Of a stretch of DNA of 64,000 bases, positions 55,905-64,000 are shown piece by piece. Source of the stretch: a candidate division FCPU426 bacterium (lineage in GTDB: Bacteria; Oederibacteriota; Muellerivitia; Muellerivitales; Muellerivitaceae). A program made the position numbers and the translations under genes. Positions within the stretch are counted from its first letter, which is position 1. Each line of letters starts with the position of its first letter. The notes under the pieces were generated by a model. It did no database searches, was not told the origin of the DNA, and saw only the letters and a list, made by a program, of their open reading frames with translations. The stretch is taken from assembly GCA_963738405.1 (NCBI GenBank), contig CAVTWJ010000005.1, positions 46,140-110,139 on the forward strand, in the 5' to 3' direction.

Positions 55905-58900
55905 TTATACGACGGCTGGTTGTTTGGGATCCGCCGAGCCCAGGGGATAAGCCATGGGTTCTTCGGCGCCCGCAAGGATAGCCTTGGCCGTTTCCATAGC
56001 CTTTTCCATCTTGGGGTACCTGATGTGGCGATAGCCCCTTACTTCCTCAGGAACACTCAAGGCCCGGACCCAGCGGCGGTACTCGACGGAATTTTTATAT
56101 TCAAACCGGTCCACCATTTCCTGATACCAGCTCCGAAAAGCTTTTTCCCTGCGGTGCCATGAAGGCATGAGGAGGCGCAAAAACTTCATGCGCTTCATGA
56201 TTTGCAGCATCCAATCCCGGCTCTCGAAATCGAACTCGATCCCGAACCCTAGGATGTCGAAATGGGGCCGATTGATATGCTTGTAGATGATCTTGTCCCC
56301 GCCCTTCAAATCGACCTTGTAGCGCTTGGCGTCTTTCTTATATTTTTCCGGGCTCGTTAAAAGATGGGCCACATAGATTTCGTCCTTAATTTCCATGACC
56401 TTGTGCAGGTATTTGACGACCACTTGGGTAGCCGCGAAACCCTCCGCGGCCTTGTCTTTTTTCAACAGGGTAAGAACCCGATCCCGGTAACCCTTAGCGT
56501 AGGCCAAATTCTCGAACTCCATCAGGTCGTAGAGGCGGGTCACAAATTGAAGCCGGGTTTCCTCATCCCCTTCCCAGGCCTTCAGGAATCCGTCCGCCAA
56601 CTCTCGGTATTGCTTTGCCCGGGTCTCTCCCAAGATGAGCGATTTGATCTGCATCACTTCCTGGAAACCCATCCTCACCTCAGCATTGTATTTTTCCGGG
56701 TGCAGGGCCAGGTCTCGCCCCAAATGAAAGGCCTTGATGTTGTGTTCGGCGGCGCGGGAGGGGAAATTTTCTTTAATGGACTCAATCAAGTCTTCCAGAC
56801 CCAATGGCAGAAGGCCCCGCTGAAAGGCCACCCCCAAGAGAAGCACATTCACAAACACCTTGTTGCCCAGGTACTTTTCGGCGATCTGGCTCATGTCCGC
56901 GCCCAAGTAGTCCTTGGTGTATTTTTTGAAAAGCTCGCCCAATTGGGCGGTGGAAAAGTCGTCCTGCCCCATCAGGGTTAGGATGGTGTGGGTCTTGTGA
57001 GTGTTGACCACTGAGTGGGTGTATTCCTTGGAGCCGACCCTAAAGTTCATCTTGGGATCGATGCCCCGGGCCGCCTCCAGGATATCCAGCCCCAGTAGCA
57101 GGTCGGCTTTCCCCTGGGGAAAGAGGGGAGACACCACTTTTTTGCGCTTCGAAAAGGTTATCTGCGAATAGACCCCGCCATTTCGGATGGCGATTCCCTT
57201 CTTGTCGCAGAAGGTGACGTGATAGCCCTTTTTCCACGCGGCCCGCACCAGCACCGCCGTGGAACTGCCGATACCCATGCCGCCTACCCCGGCCAAATAA
57301 CCTCTCCAGTCATTCTCAAAATCTAACGATACGGGAAGGGGCAGGGTTTCCGGGTTTGGCAGGGTAAGGGTCGGGGCCTTATGGTTGCGGACAATGGTCA
57401 ATTCTTCAAAGGATGGACAGGCCTTGATGCGGGTACAGGCCATGTCGGAAACGCAGTAGGAAAGGTCGGTTGCCACCTTGGGTCCGTAAACGGTGTCTTC
57501 AATAGCTAACCCCGGACAACCAGTCAAATTGGTGCATTCCAGGCAGTATTCGCAAGTGTGATCATTGATGTTGATGCGTTTTTGCTTCGGGTGGTAGCCC
57601 AGGTTCGCGCTTTCCCGGCTCATTTTCTGGCGAAAACGTCGGTGGTAGGTGATGCCGCATTCCTTGTCGGCGATCACGAACTTAACCCCATCCTCCAAAA
57701 TCATTTCCTCGAGCAATTCCCGATAGGCCATCCGGTCCTCCGGGTTGACCCTTGCGATGGAAACATCCTGCCCCTCGGTTAATCCCGAAAGCACCTTCTC
57801 GATGTCCTGGGCGAAGGTGGGGTTGCCCATGAGGTCCTGGTCCATACCGGGGTGGGGCTGATGGCCCGTCATGGCGGTTGTTTTGTTGTCGAGCACAACG
57901 TAAAGAACGTCTTGGTTGTTTTTGATGGAATCGGAAATTTCAGAAAGACCGGAATGAAAAAAGGTCGAGTCGCCGATAAAACAAACGCTCTTGTTGGTGG
58001 AAAAGGGCGAAAGACCCGCCCCCGTGCCGCCGCCCAAGCCCATGCCGATATAGTTGTGCATGAGGGGCCCGTTGGGGGGCATGAATAAGAGAACATAACA
58101 ACCCGCGTCGCCGTGAAACAGAATGTCCAAAGGTTTGCGCTTGTACTTTTTCTTCATAAAGGCGGGGTCTTTGAAATCGGAAACCAGTTGCAGGAAAACC
58201 GAGGCCGAATCCCGGTGGGGGCATCCGGGGCAGAAGGAGGGCGTGCGCTTGGGGATTTCCATCTCTACCTGTTCCAGCGAATCTAGGAAGGTAATTTCTT
58301 TTTTCACCTTGGCGCTGGAACGTTCGTACTTGTCCAGCAAGGGAGCCAGGATTCGCATTACGACCGCCGGGCTCAAGCCCTGGTCGGTCGGAAAACCAGT
58401 AAGGTCATCCGGAAACTCCTTGCCCCAAACCGTGGGCATTTCGGGAATCTTGCCCGACTGGTGAAGGTCCATGACGATATTACGCACTTGGCTTTCGATG
58501 AACCGGCGCTTTTCCTCCACCACTACCAGATTCTTGGAATGTTTCAGTATTTCTTCCACTGCCTGAGTATCGACGGGATAGGTCAAACCCAACTTCAGGA
58601 TAGGAATCTTTCCGGTCAAACCAAACTCGGCCAGGGCTTGCTCCAAATAAGTGTAGGAAGCCCCGGCAGTGATAAAGGCTAGGCCATTTTTGCCGTCACC
58701 GGGGATGATTTGGTTCAATCCTCTCTTACGGGCACCGTCGATCAATCGAGGGAATCTGACTTCCAGAGCCTCTTTTTCAAGATGGATGGTATGGGGTGGA
58801 AGAACGATGCTGTATTTGACATCGATGGTGGAACTGTCGATGGTGACCTTATTGAGGGTGGTGGTTCCCTTGGGGGGCTCATTGGGGAACACCTCAACGC

Positions 58901-59453
58901 ATCCCCCGCCTTCTGCCGTATAGGTGATCAACAGGTAGGCGATAAAAAGATCCGCTTCCTCGGACAACTCAAAGGCCACCTTGACCCAGTCTTTAATTTC
59001 CTGAAAAGTGGCGGGTTCCAAAACGGGAATAAAAAGATGGTCCGAAAGTCTGCGGGAATCGACCGGCACCTGTGTGGTGTCGCTCCAAGGGTCGTCCCCA
59101 ATGACGATGACGCCAGCTCCCTTATGGTCTTTTTTGGCCAGGCTGGCTGCAAAGAGGGCGTCGGCGGCGACATGGAATCCTACCGATTTCATGACGGCGA
59201 TGGCCCGTAAACCGGCGATCTGGGCCCCGTTGAGGCGGGCGGCGGATAGTGCTTCGTTATTGGCGATTTGGGCGAGGATGCCCTTTTCTTTTAGGTAGGG
59301 GGTGATATTGGCGGCGGCCTCAAATACATCCGCAACCGGGGACCCGGGATAGCCGGTCAGGAGGTTCATCCCGGCTTCCAGTCCACCCTTCACGATCAGT
59401 TCGTTCCCCGTGAAGGTTTCGGTGCCTTTTTCTTTCAAAAACCGTTGATCCAT
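55905..59453 (-). CDS. Indolepyruvate:ferredoxin oxidoreductase family protein (fused alpha/beta)
   Basis: GYPGSP, R.P.FCPGCPH, GDAGC, GDSTFFHSG...LDN.TTAMTGHQ (TPP), C..C..C...GCP ferredoxin, GVGGMG gamma-like domain, KDE.YVA C-terminal domain. Confidence 0.9.
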   Translation of the reverse strand: MDQRFLKEKGTETFTGNELIVKGGLEAGMNLLTGYPGSPVADVFEAAANITPYLKEKGILAQIANNEALSAARLNGAQIAGLRAIAVMKSVGFHVAADALFAASLAKKDHKGAGVIVIGDDPWSDTTQVPVDSRRLSDHLFIPVLEPATFQEIKDWVKVAFELSEEADLFIAYLLITYTAEGGGCVEVFPNEPPKGTTTLNKVTIDSSTIDVKYSIVLPPHTIHLEKEALEVRFPRLIDGARKRGLNQIIPGDGKNGLAFITAGASYTYLEQALAEFGLTGKIPILKLGLTYPVDTQAVEEILKHSKNLVVVEEKRRFIESQVRNIVMDLHQSGKIPEMPTVWGKEFPDDLTGFPTDQGLSPAVVMRILAPLLDKYERSSAKVKKEITFLDSLEQVEMEIPKRTPSFCPGCPHRDSASVFLQLVSDFKDPAFMKKKYKRKPLDILFHGDAGCYVLLFMPPNGPLMHNYIGMGLGGGTGAGLSPFSTNKSVCFIGDSTFFHSGLSEISDSIKNNQDVLYVVLDNKTTAMTGHQPHPGMDQDLMGNPTFAQDIEKVLSGLTEGQDVSIARVNPEDRMAYRELLEEMILEDGVKFVIADKECGITYHRRFRQKMSRESANLGYHPKQKRININDHTCEYCLECTNLTGCPGLAIEDTVYGPKVATDLSYCVSDMACTRIKACPSFEELTIVRNHKAPTLTLPNPETLPLPVSLDFENDWRGYLAGVGGMGIGSSTAVLVRAAWKKGYHVTFCDKKGIAIRNGGVYSQITFSKRKKVVSPLFPQGKADLLLGLDILEAARGIDPKMNFRVGSKEYTHSVVNTHKTHTILTLMGQDDFSTAQLGELFKKYTKDYLGADMSQIAEKYLGNKVFVNVLLLGVAFQRGLLPLGLEDLIESIKENFPSRAAEHNIKAFHLGRDLALHPEKYNAEVRMGFQEVMQIKSLILGETRAKQYRELADGFLKAWEGDEETRLQFVTRLYDLMEFENLAYAKGYRDRVLTLLKKDKAAEGFAATQVVVKYLHKVMEIKDEIYVAHLLTSPEKYKKDAKRYKVDLKGGDKIIYKHINRPHFDILGFGIEFDFESRDWMLQIMKRMKFLRLLMPSWHRREKAFRSWYQEMVDRFEYKNSVEYRRWVRALSVPEEVRGYRHIRYPKMEKAMETAKAILAGAEEPMAYPLGSADPKQPAVV

Positions 59454-59594
59454 CGTCCGATTACCTTACCTTTGGAGTGGTGTTTTATCAACTAAACAAA
59501 GGCCTTTAAAAGCATGTTCTCAACACATTCTTCATGTTTAACAGCCATGGAGGCGAATAGAAGCGAAAAATATTTTAAGTTTTGATAAGTGTTC

Positions 59595-60632
59595 TCAAAT
59601 GTAAGGCAAGGGGTCAACGGCCTTGCCGTTCTTGCGGATTTCAAAATGTAGGTGAGGCCCCGTTACCCTTCCCGTGGCGCCAACCCTTCCAATCAATTGC
59701 CCGCGGCGGATTTTCTGTCCCTGTTGCACAAAAATTTTGGACAAGTGTCCGTAAAAAGTTATGAAGCCATTGCCGTGCGCGATTTGGATGAGGTTTCCAT
59801 ATCCGCCCGAAATACCGGTGAAGATAACCCTCCCCCCCGCCGCGGCATAAACCTTGTCCCCGTATTTCGCCCTTAAATCCACGCCCGAGTGATGGCGGAC
59901 ATCCCCGGTGAGCGGATCGGATCTCTTTCCAAAAGGCGAGGTGATGATTCCCCACCGGCCCAGGGGGTCGCCGAAGATTCCCCTTTTGGAAAAATAGGTT
60001 TGCCAATCCTGGGTCATGCGTAGGGGCTTGGCGCCGGGAATAAAAAGCACATCTCCCGCCTTCAGGGTTTTCCACCACCACCAATGGATGTCATTGACCG
60101 ATTTCAAAACTTTCGGGTCCGCCTTGTAACGTGCGGCAATGATTGGGAGAGTTTCGCCCGGCTGAACGGTATGCAACACTCCCCTTTCGTTAAGGATGTT
60201 CACCGAATAGTTCAGCTTGGCCTTCATGGGCAGACCCGGATTCGCCCCAATCAGGGTGAAGAGGTCTATTTTATTGTCACCCGCGATGGTCCAAAAGTTC
60301 TCGCCTTCATCGACCTTATGGACTTCTTTCAAAGCCTTTGGATCTCTTAGGCGTTTGATGTCGATAACGTCGGCGGAGGTAGCGATATGGGTCACCGGAC
60401 CCGTCGGGGCCAGGGTTTCACCCACGGTTGGGACCGCTGTGGCTGGGGAAACTGGGGCAGGCGTGAGAATGATTGCCGCCGGAGTGGGTATCGGTAACTC
60501 GGCGGGTGTTTCAACACCGGGAGTTTCGAGAATCCGTTCGCTGGGCGGGGGGGCGGGAGTGTGCGAACAACCCACTAAAAATAGACCTATGGCTAAAAGC
60601 GGGAGAGTGAACAGCCTGGGAAAAAGCAGCAT
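59595..60632 (-). CDS. LysM + M23 peptidase lipoprotein
   Basis: Lipobox LVGC, Pro/Thr linker, two LysM-like repeats (H.V..GE....IA), H.GVDL, YGHL, TGPHLHFE. Confidence 0.9.
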   Translation of the reverse strand: MLLFPRLFTLPLLAIGLFLVGCSHTPAPPPSERILETPGVETPAELPIPTPAAIILTPAPVSPATAVPTVGETLAPTGPVTHIATSADVIDIKRLRDPKALKEVHKVDEGENFWTIAGDNKIDLFTLIGANPGLPMKAKLNYSVNILNERGVLHTVQPGETLPIIAARYKADPKVLKSVNDIHWWWWKTLKAGDVLFIPGAKPLRMTQDWQTYFSKRGIFGDPLGRWGIITSPFGKRSDPLTGDVRHHSGVDLRAKYGDKVYAAAGGRVIFTGISGGYGNLIQIAHGNGFITFYGHLSKIFVQQGQKIRRGQLIGRVGATGRVTGPHLHFEIRKNGKAVDPLPYI

Positions 60633-62546
60633 TTAGGAAACGACACCCAACCGTAGGGCGTTCTGGTTCTTCAGAAGTTCCCTTACCCCTTCGGCCACTT
60701 GGGAAGGTTCTAAACCACAAAGTTCCCGCTGTTTCTTGGGGCTGGCGTGTTCGATGTATTCATCCGGAATGGCGATCTGTTTAACCGCGCAATCGGTAAT
60801 GCCATGGCGTTGAAGGACTTCTAATATCCCGCTTCCAAAACCGCCTATCAAGACATTTTCCTCCAGTGTCAAAAGAACCTTGTGGTCGCGGGCCAAGGAC
60901 AGGATCAAATCCTCGTCCATAGGCTTCACGAACCGCATATTGGCAACGGTGCCTTCCAGCCCTTCTTTTTTAAGCAATAGACGGGCCGCCTTGGCCACAC
61001 CCACCATGCGTCCAACGGCCAAAAGGGCGTAATGCCGGCCTTGTTCGATGATTTCGCCCTTGCCGATCGCCAGTTTCCGGAAGCCCTTTTCCAAGGCCAC
61101 TCCCTCGCCATTGCCCCTGGGATAGCGCAAAGCGATGGGGCCATCGTGTTCGACCGCCGTATAAAGCATTTGGCGCAATTCGTTTTCATCCGCAGGGGCC
61201 ATCACGGTCAGGTTGGGGATACAGCGAAGATAGGTAAGGTCGTAAACACCCTGATGGGTCTCACCATCTTCACCAACCAATCCTCCCCGATCTAAGGCAA
61301 AGACCACCGGCAGTTTTTGCAGACAAACGTCATGAATTATTTGGTCGTAGGCCCTTTGAAGGAAGGTGGAATAGATGGCCACCACGGGTTTCAAGCCCTC
61401 ACAGGCAAGCCCCGCCGCCATGCAGACCCCATGGCCTTCGGCGATACCCACGTCGGCAAACCGGTCGGGATAGGTTTCCCCGAATTTCTTCAGGCCCGTT
61501 CCCTCCGGCATAGCCGCCGTAATGGCAAATAGGTTCGGATGGTCTTTCCCAAGTTCAATCATGGCGTCGCCGAAAACTTTGGTGTAAGAAGGCGGCGCGC
61601 CAGGTGTGGGCGGGGTCTGGGTCATTCCCGTTTCTTTATCGAACACGCTGACCCCGTGGTATTTTTCAGGGTTTTCCTCGGCGGGAGCGTATCCCTTGCC
61701 CTTCTTGGTGATGACGTGAAGGAGGACCGGGCCCTTGAGCTGTTTCACCCTTCGGAAAATCTCAACCAAAGTCTTCATATCGTGACCATCAATGGGGCCG
61801 TAATAACGCAGTCCCATTTCCTCAAAAAAGGTCCCGGGTGTGACAAAACCCTTCAAGGATTCCTCGGCGTGATGGGAAATGTTGATGACCTGCTTGCCCA
61901 TGGGAAACTTTTGGATCATGTGCTCAAAGTTGGCCTTGGCCTCGTTAAAGGTCTTTCCTGCCAGTATTTTGTTTAGGTAGGAAGACATGGCCCCCACGTT
62001 GGGGGAAATGGACATTTCGTTGTCGTTCAGAATGACCGTTAGGTTGAGTTCGGGATGGGTGCCGATGTTGTTCATAGCCTCCATGGCCATGCCGTTTGAA
62101 ATGGAAGCGTCGCCAACCACGGCCAGCACGTTGAAGTTTTTCTTTTGAACATCTCGGGCCAGGGCCATGCCGTAGGCCGCCGAGAGGGCCGTTCCGGCGT
62201 GTCCTACCGCGAAGGTGTCATATTCGCTTTCGTTGCGCTTTGGGAACCCGCAAAGCCCCTCGAATTGGCGAAGGGTCGAAAAACGGTTCATACGTCCTGT
62301 GATCACCTTGTGGCCATAGGCTTGGTGGCCCACATCCCAAACGATGCGGTCCTGGGGGGTATCGTAAACATAATGCATGGCCAGGGTCAGTTCTACCGTG
62401 CCCAGGCTGGCGCCCAGGTGCCCGCCGGTTTTGGAGACCGATGTCACTAAAAAGTCCCTTATTTCCTCTGCCACCTTGGGCAGGGCTTCCTTAGGCAGGG
62501 TGCGTAACTGTTGTGGGCTTTCGATTTTATCCAGGTACTGGTACAT
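60633..62546 (-). CDS. dxs: 1-deoxy-D-xylulose-5-phosphate synthase
   Basis: GGHLGASLG.VELT, WDVGHQAY.HK, GD..ISNG..LNDNEMSIS, DRGGLVGEDG.THQG. Confidence 0.97.
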   Translation of the reverse strand: MYQYLDKIESPQQLRTLPKEALPKVAEEIRDFLVTSVSKTGGHLGASLGTVELTLAMHYVYDTPQDRIVWDVGHQAYGHKVITGRMNRFSTLRQFEGLCGFPKRNESEYDTFAVGHAGTALSAAYGMALARDVQKKNFNVLAVVGDASISNGMAMEAMNNIGTHPELNLTVILNDNEMSISPNVGAMSSYLNKILAGKTFNEAKANFEHMIQKFPMGKQVINISHHAEESLKGFVTPGTFFEEMGLRYYGPIDGHDMKTLVEIFRRVKQLKGPVLLHVITKKGKGYAPAEENPEKYHGVSVFDKETGMTQTPPTPGAPPSYTKVFGDAMIELGKDHPNLFAITAAMPEGTGLKKFGETYPDRFADVGIAEGHGVCMAAGLACEGLKPVVAIYSTFLQRAYDQIIHDVCLQKLPVVFALDRGGLVGEDGETHQGVYDLTYLRCIPNLTVMAPADENELRQMLYTAVEHDGPIALRYPRGNGEGVALEKGFRKLAIGKGEIIEQGRHYALLAVGRMVGVAKAARLLLKKEGLEGTVANMRFVKPMDEDLILSLARDHKVLLTLEENVLIGGFGSGILEVLQRHGITDCAVKQIAIPDEYIEHASPKKQRELCGLEPSQVAEGVRELLKNQNALRLGVVS

Positions 62547-62557
62547 GAATCTCCGTT

Positions 62558-63016
62558 TTACAAAGGAAGTATCGGGTAAAGGGCTAAAGCGATCCCAATA
62601 CCCAGGGCCGCCCCGGCAATAACCTGCTTAGGGGTATGGCCTAAAAGTTCTTTCAATTTTTGCTGTGGAATGGGCCGGGATTCTTCCAGGTCTTCCATCA
62701 TCTGATTCAGAATCTTGGCCTGCTGGCCCGCCGCCCTGCGCACCCCCGCCGCGTCCGTCATGACAATCAGGGCCATTCCGACGGAAAGCCAGAACGCCGG
62801 GGAATCCCAATGGGTGTCCAGGCCGATTTCGGTGGCCAAACCGCACACAAAAGCCGAGTGGGAGCTTGGCATGCCGCCCATGCCGACAAACAAACGGAAG
62901 TTGATTTTATGGTGCTGAAAATAGTAAATCAACACTTTCATCCCCTGAGCCACCACCCATGAAATCGTGGTGACATAGAAGATATTGGTGTAATGGTGGT
63001 GTTCGAAGGGGTTCAA
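62558..63016 (-). CDS. Divergent PAP2 family protein (DUF212)
   Basis: AQ..K, GGMPSSHSA, DA.GVRRAAG.QA.ILN, LKELLGHTP.QV.AGA.LG. Confidence 0.92.
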   Translation of the reverse strand: MNPFEHHHYTNIFYVTTISWVVAQGMKVLIYYFQHHKINFRLFVGMGGMPSSHSAFVCGLATEIGLDTHWDSPAFWLSVGMALIVMTDAAGVRRAAGQQAKILNQMMEDLEESRPIPQQKLKELLGHTPKQVIAGAALGIGIALALYPILPL

Positions 63017-63018
63017 AT

Positions 63019-63915
63019 TTAGGTGGTCCTCGTCGCCATATATAAAGCGATTTCCTTTAGGGGTTCGGCCTTGCGGCCGAAGGGCTTCAAAGCCGCTAGT
63101 GCATCCTTCGTCAGACGTTGGACTTCCAACTGGGATTTCTCAAGTCCCACGGCGGCGGGATAGGTCATTTTTCCCCTCTCACGGTCGCTTCCGGCAGATT
63201 TACCCATTTTTTTGCTGTTCCCCGTCTCATTCAAGATATCGTCCACGATCTGAAAGGCCAACCCAGCTGATTGGCCATATCGGGTGAGGGCCTTTAATTT
63301 CTCAGAGGATACCCCCGCCAATAGGGCTGGCAAGCGAACGCTAGAGAGAAGCAGGGCTCCCGTCTTGCGCCGATGAATTGAAAAAACTTTAGCAAGTTTT
63401 GGAATCTTCTTTTCGGAAAGAACGTCATCCACTTGCCCCCCCACCATTCCCGGATAACCAGCGTGATGGGCCAGTTCGCTTACTACCTGGGACAAGTTCT
63501 TTCGATAGCGGGGGCCATAAGCTTTTGGGTTGGCGGCCCATTCAAAGGCTAGGGTTTGAAGTCCGTCTCCCGCTAGTATGGCCATGGCTTCCCCAAAGAC
63601 CTTGTGGTTGGTCTTAAGACCGCGCCGGTAGTCGTCGTTGTCCAAAGCCGGAAGGTCGTCGTGGATCAGGCTGTAGGTATGAATCAGCTCCAGAGCGCAG
63701 GCGATAGGCAGAGCTTCCTTAGCAGATAGGCCAACCGCTTGGGCAGAAGCCAAGCAAAGAACCGGCCGAAGGCGTTTCCCGCCAGCGAAGACGCTGTATT
63801 TCATGCTCTTCCAAAGTAAGGGAGGGCAGTTGGAACCATCCCGAAAGACCTGATGAAGTCCCTTGTCCACAACTTGGCGCTTTTGTTTTAGGTAAGTTTT
63901 TAATGAAAAGGGCAT
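63019..63915 (-). CDS. ispA: Polyprenyl (farnesyl/geranylgeranyl) diphosphate synthase
   Basis: GGKRLRP, LIHDDLP..DNDD.RRG, GQ..D, KTG, FQIVDD. Confidence 0.93.
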   Translation of the reverse strand: MPFSLKTYLKQKRQVVDKGLHQVFRDGSNCPPLLWKSMKYSVFAGGKRLRPVLCLASAQAVGLSAKEALPIACALELIHTYSLIHDDLPALDNDDYRRGLKTNHKVFGEAMAILAGDGLQTLAFEWAANPKAYGPRYRKNLSQVVSELAHHAGYPGMVGGQVDDVLSEKKIPKLAKVFSIHRRKTGALLLSSVRLPALLAGVSSEKLKALTRYGQSAGLAFQIVDDILNETGNSKKMGKSAGSDRERGKMTYPAAVGLEKSQLEVQRLTKDALAALKPFGRKAEPLKEIALYMATRTT

Positions 63916-63920
63916 TCGGA

Positions 63921-64000
63921 TTAGCTCTTGGATTCGTCGTCTTTGGGTTTGGCCGTGGCTGTCTTCAGGAGGGTTTTAACTTTCTTTTCAATCTCGACCA
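63921..64000 (-). CDS. xseB: 3' end of exodeoxyribonuclease VII small subunit (partial)
   Basis: Translates as ...VEIEKKVKTLLKTATAKPKDDESKS*; matches the XseB C-terminus pattern and the xseB-ispA-dxs order. Confidence 0.6.
   Translation of the reverse strand, partial: VEIEKKVKTLLKTATAKPKDDESKS

Noticed and set aside
55905..59453. Fused alpha/beta indolepyruvate oxidoreductase as a novelty
   Set aside because: Single-chain members of about 1150-1200 aa are an established family.

Overview
A 64 kb stretch of core chromosome from a diderm bacterium. The lineage is probably a poorly characterised candidate phylum; this is inferred only from the PorV/PorQ barrels, LptE and long-type L28. Most genes lie on the minus strand and form housekeeping clusters: rplU-rpmA-obgE-proB-...-nadD-rsfS; yceD-rpmF-plsX-fabHDG-acpP-fabF-rnc-maf; recG-rsmD-coaD; purNHD-tsaC-ywlE-rpiB; leuS-lptE-holA/rpsT/murJ; recN; xseB-ispA-dxs. 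There is one tRNA-Gly(CCC). I see no IS, prophage or CRISPR. The most notable features are: (1) three copies of a ~96-147 bp palindromic element with 26-bp arms built from 8-bp CACCAAGA units, one lying in frame inside the LptE signal peptide and one supplying a gene's stop codon; (2) a J-domain/TPR protein plus a lid-less Hsp70 in the usual proA slot between proB and nadD; (3) an envelope cluster resembling rearranged T9SS parts (PorV-FlgD-OmpA fusion, TPR/PD40 lipoprotein, large TPR protein, plug-like barrel, second PorV) with a tRNA inside it; (4) a maf gene that can only start at a non-canonical (CTG) codon, and several apparently leaderless genes; (5) a ComFB-family protein between nadD and rsfS. 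All calls come from reading motifs by eye; no database search was run.
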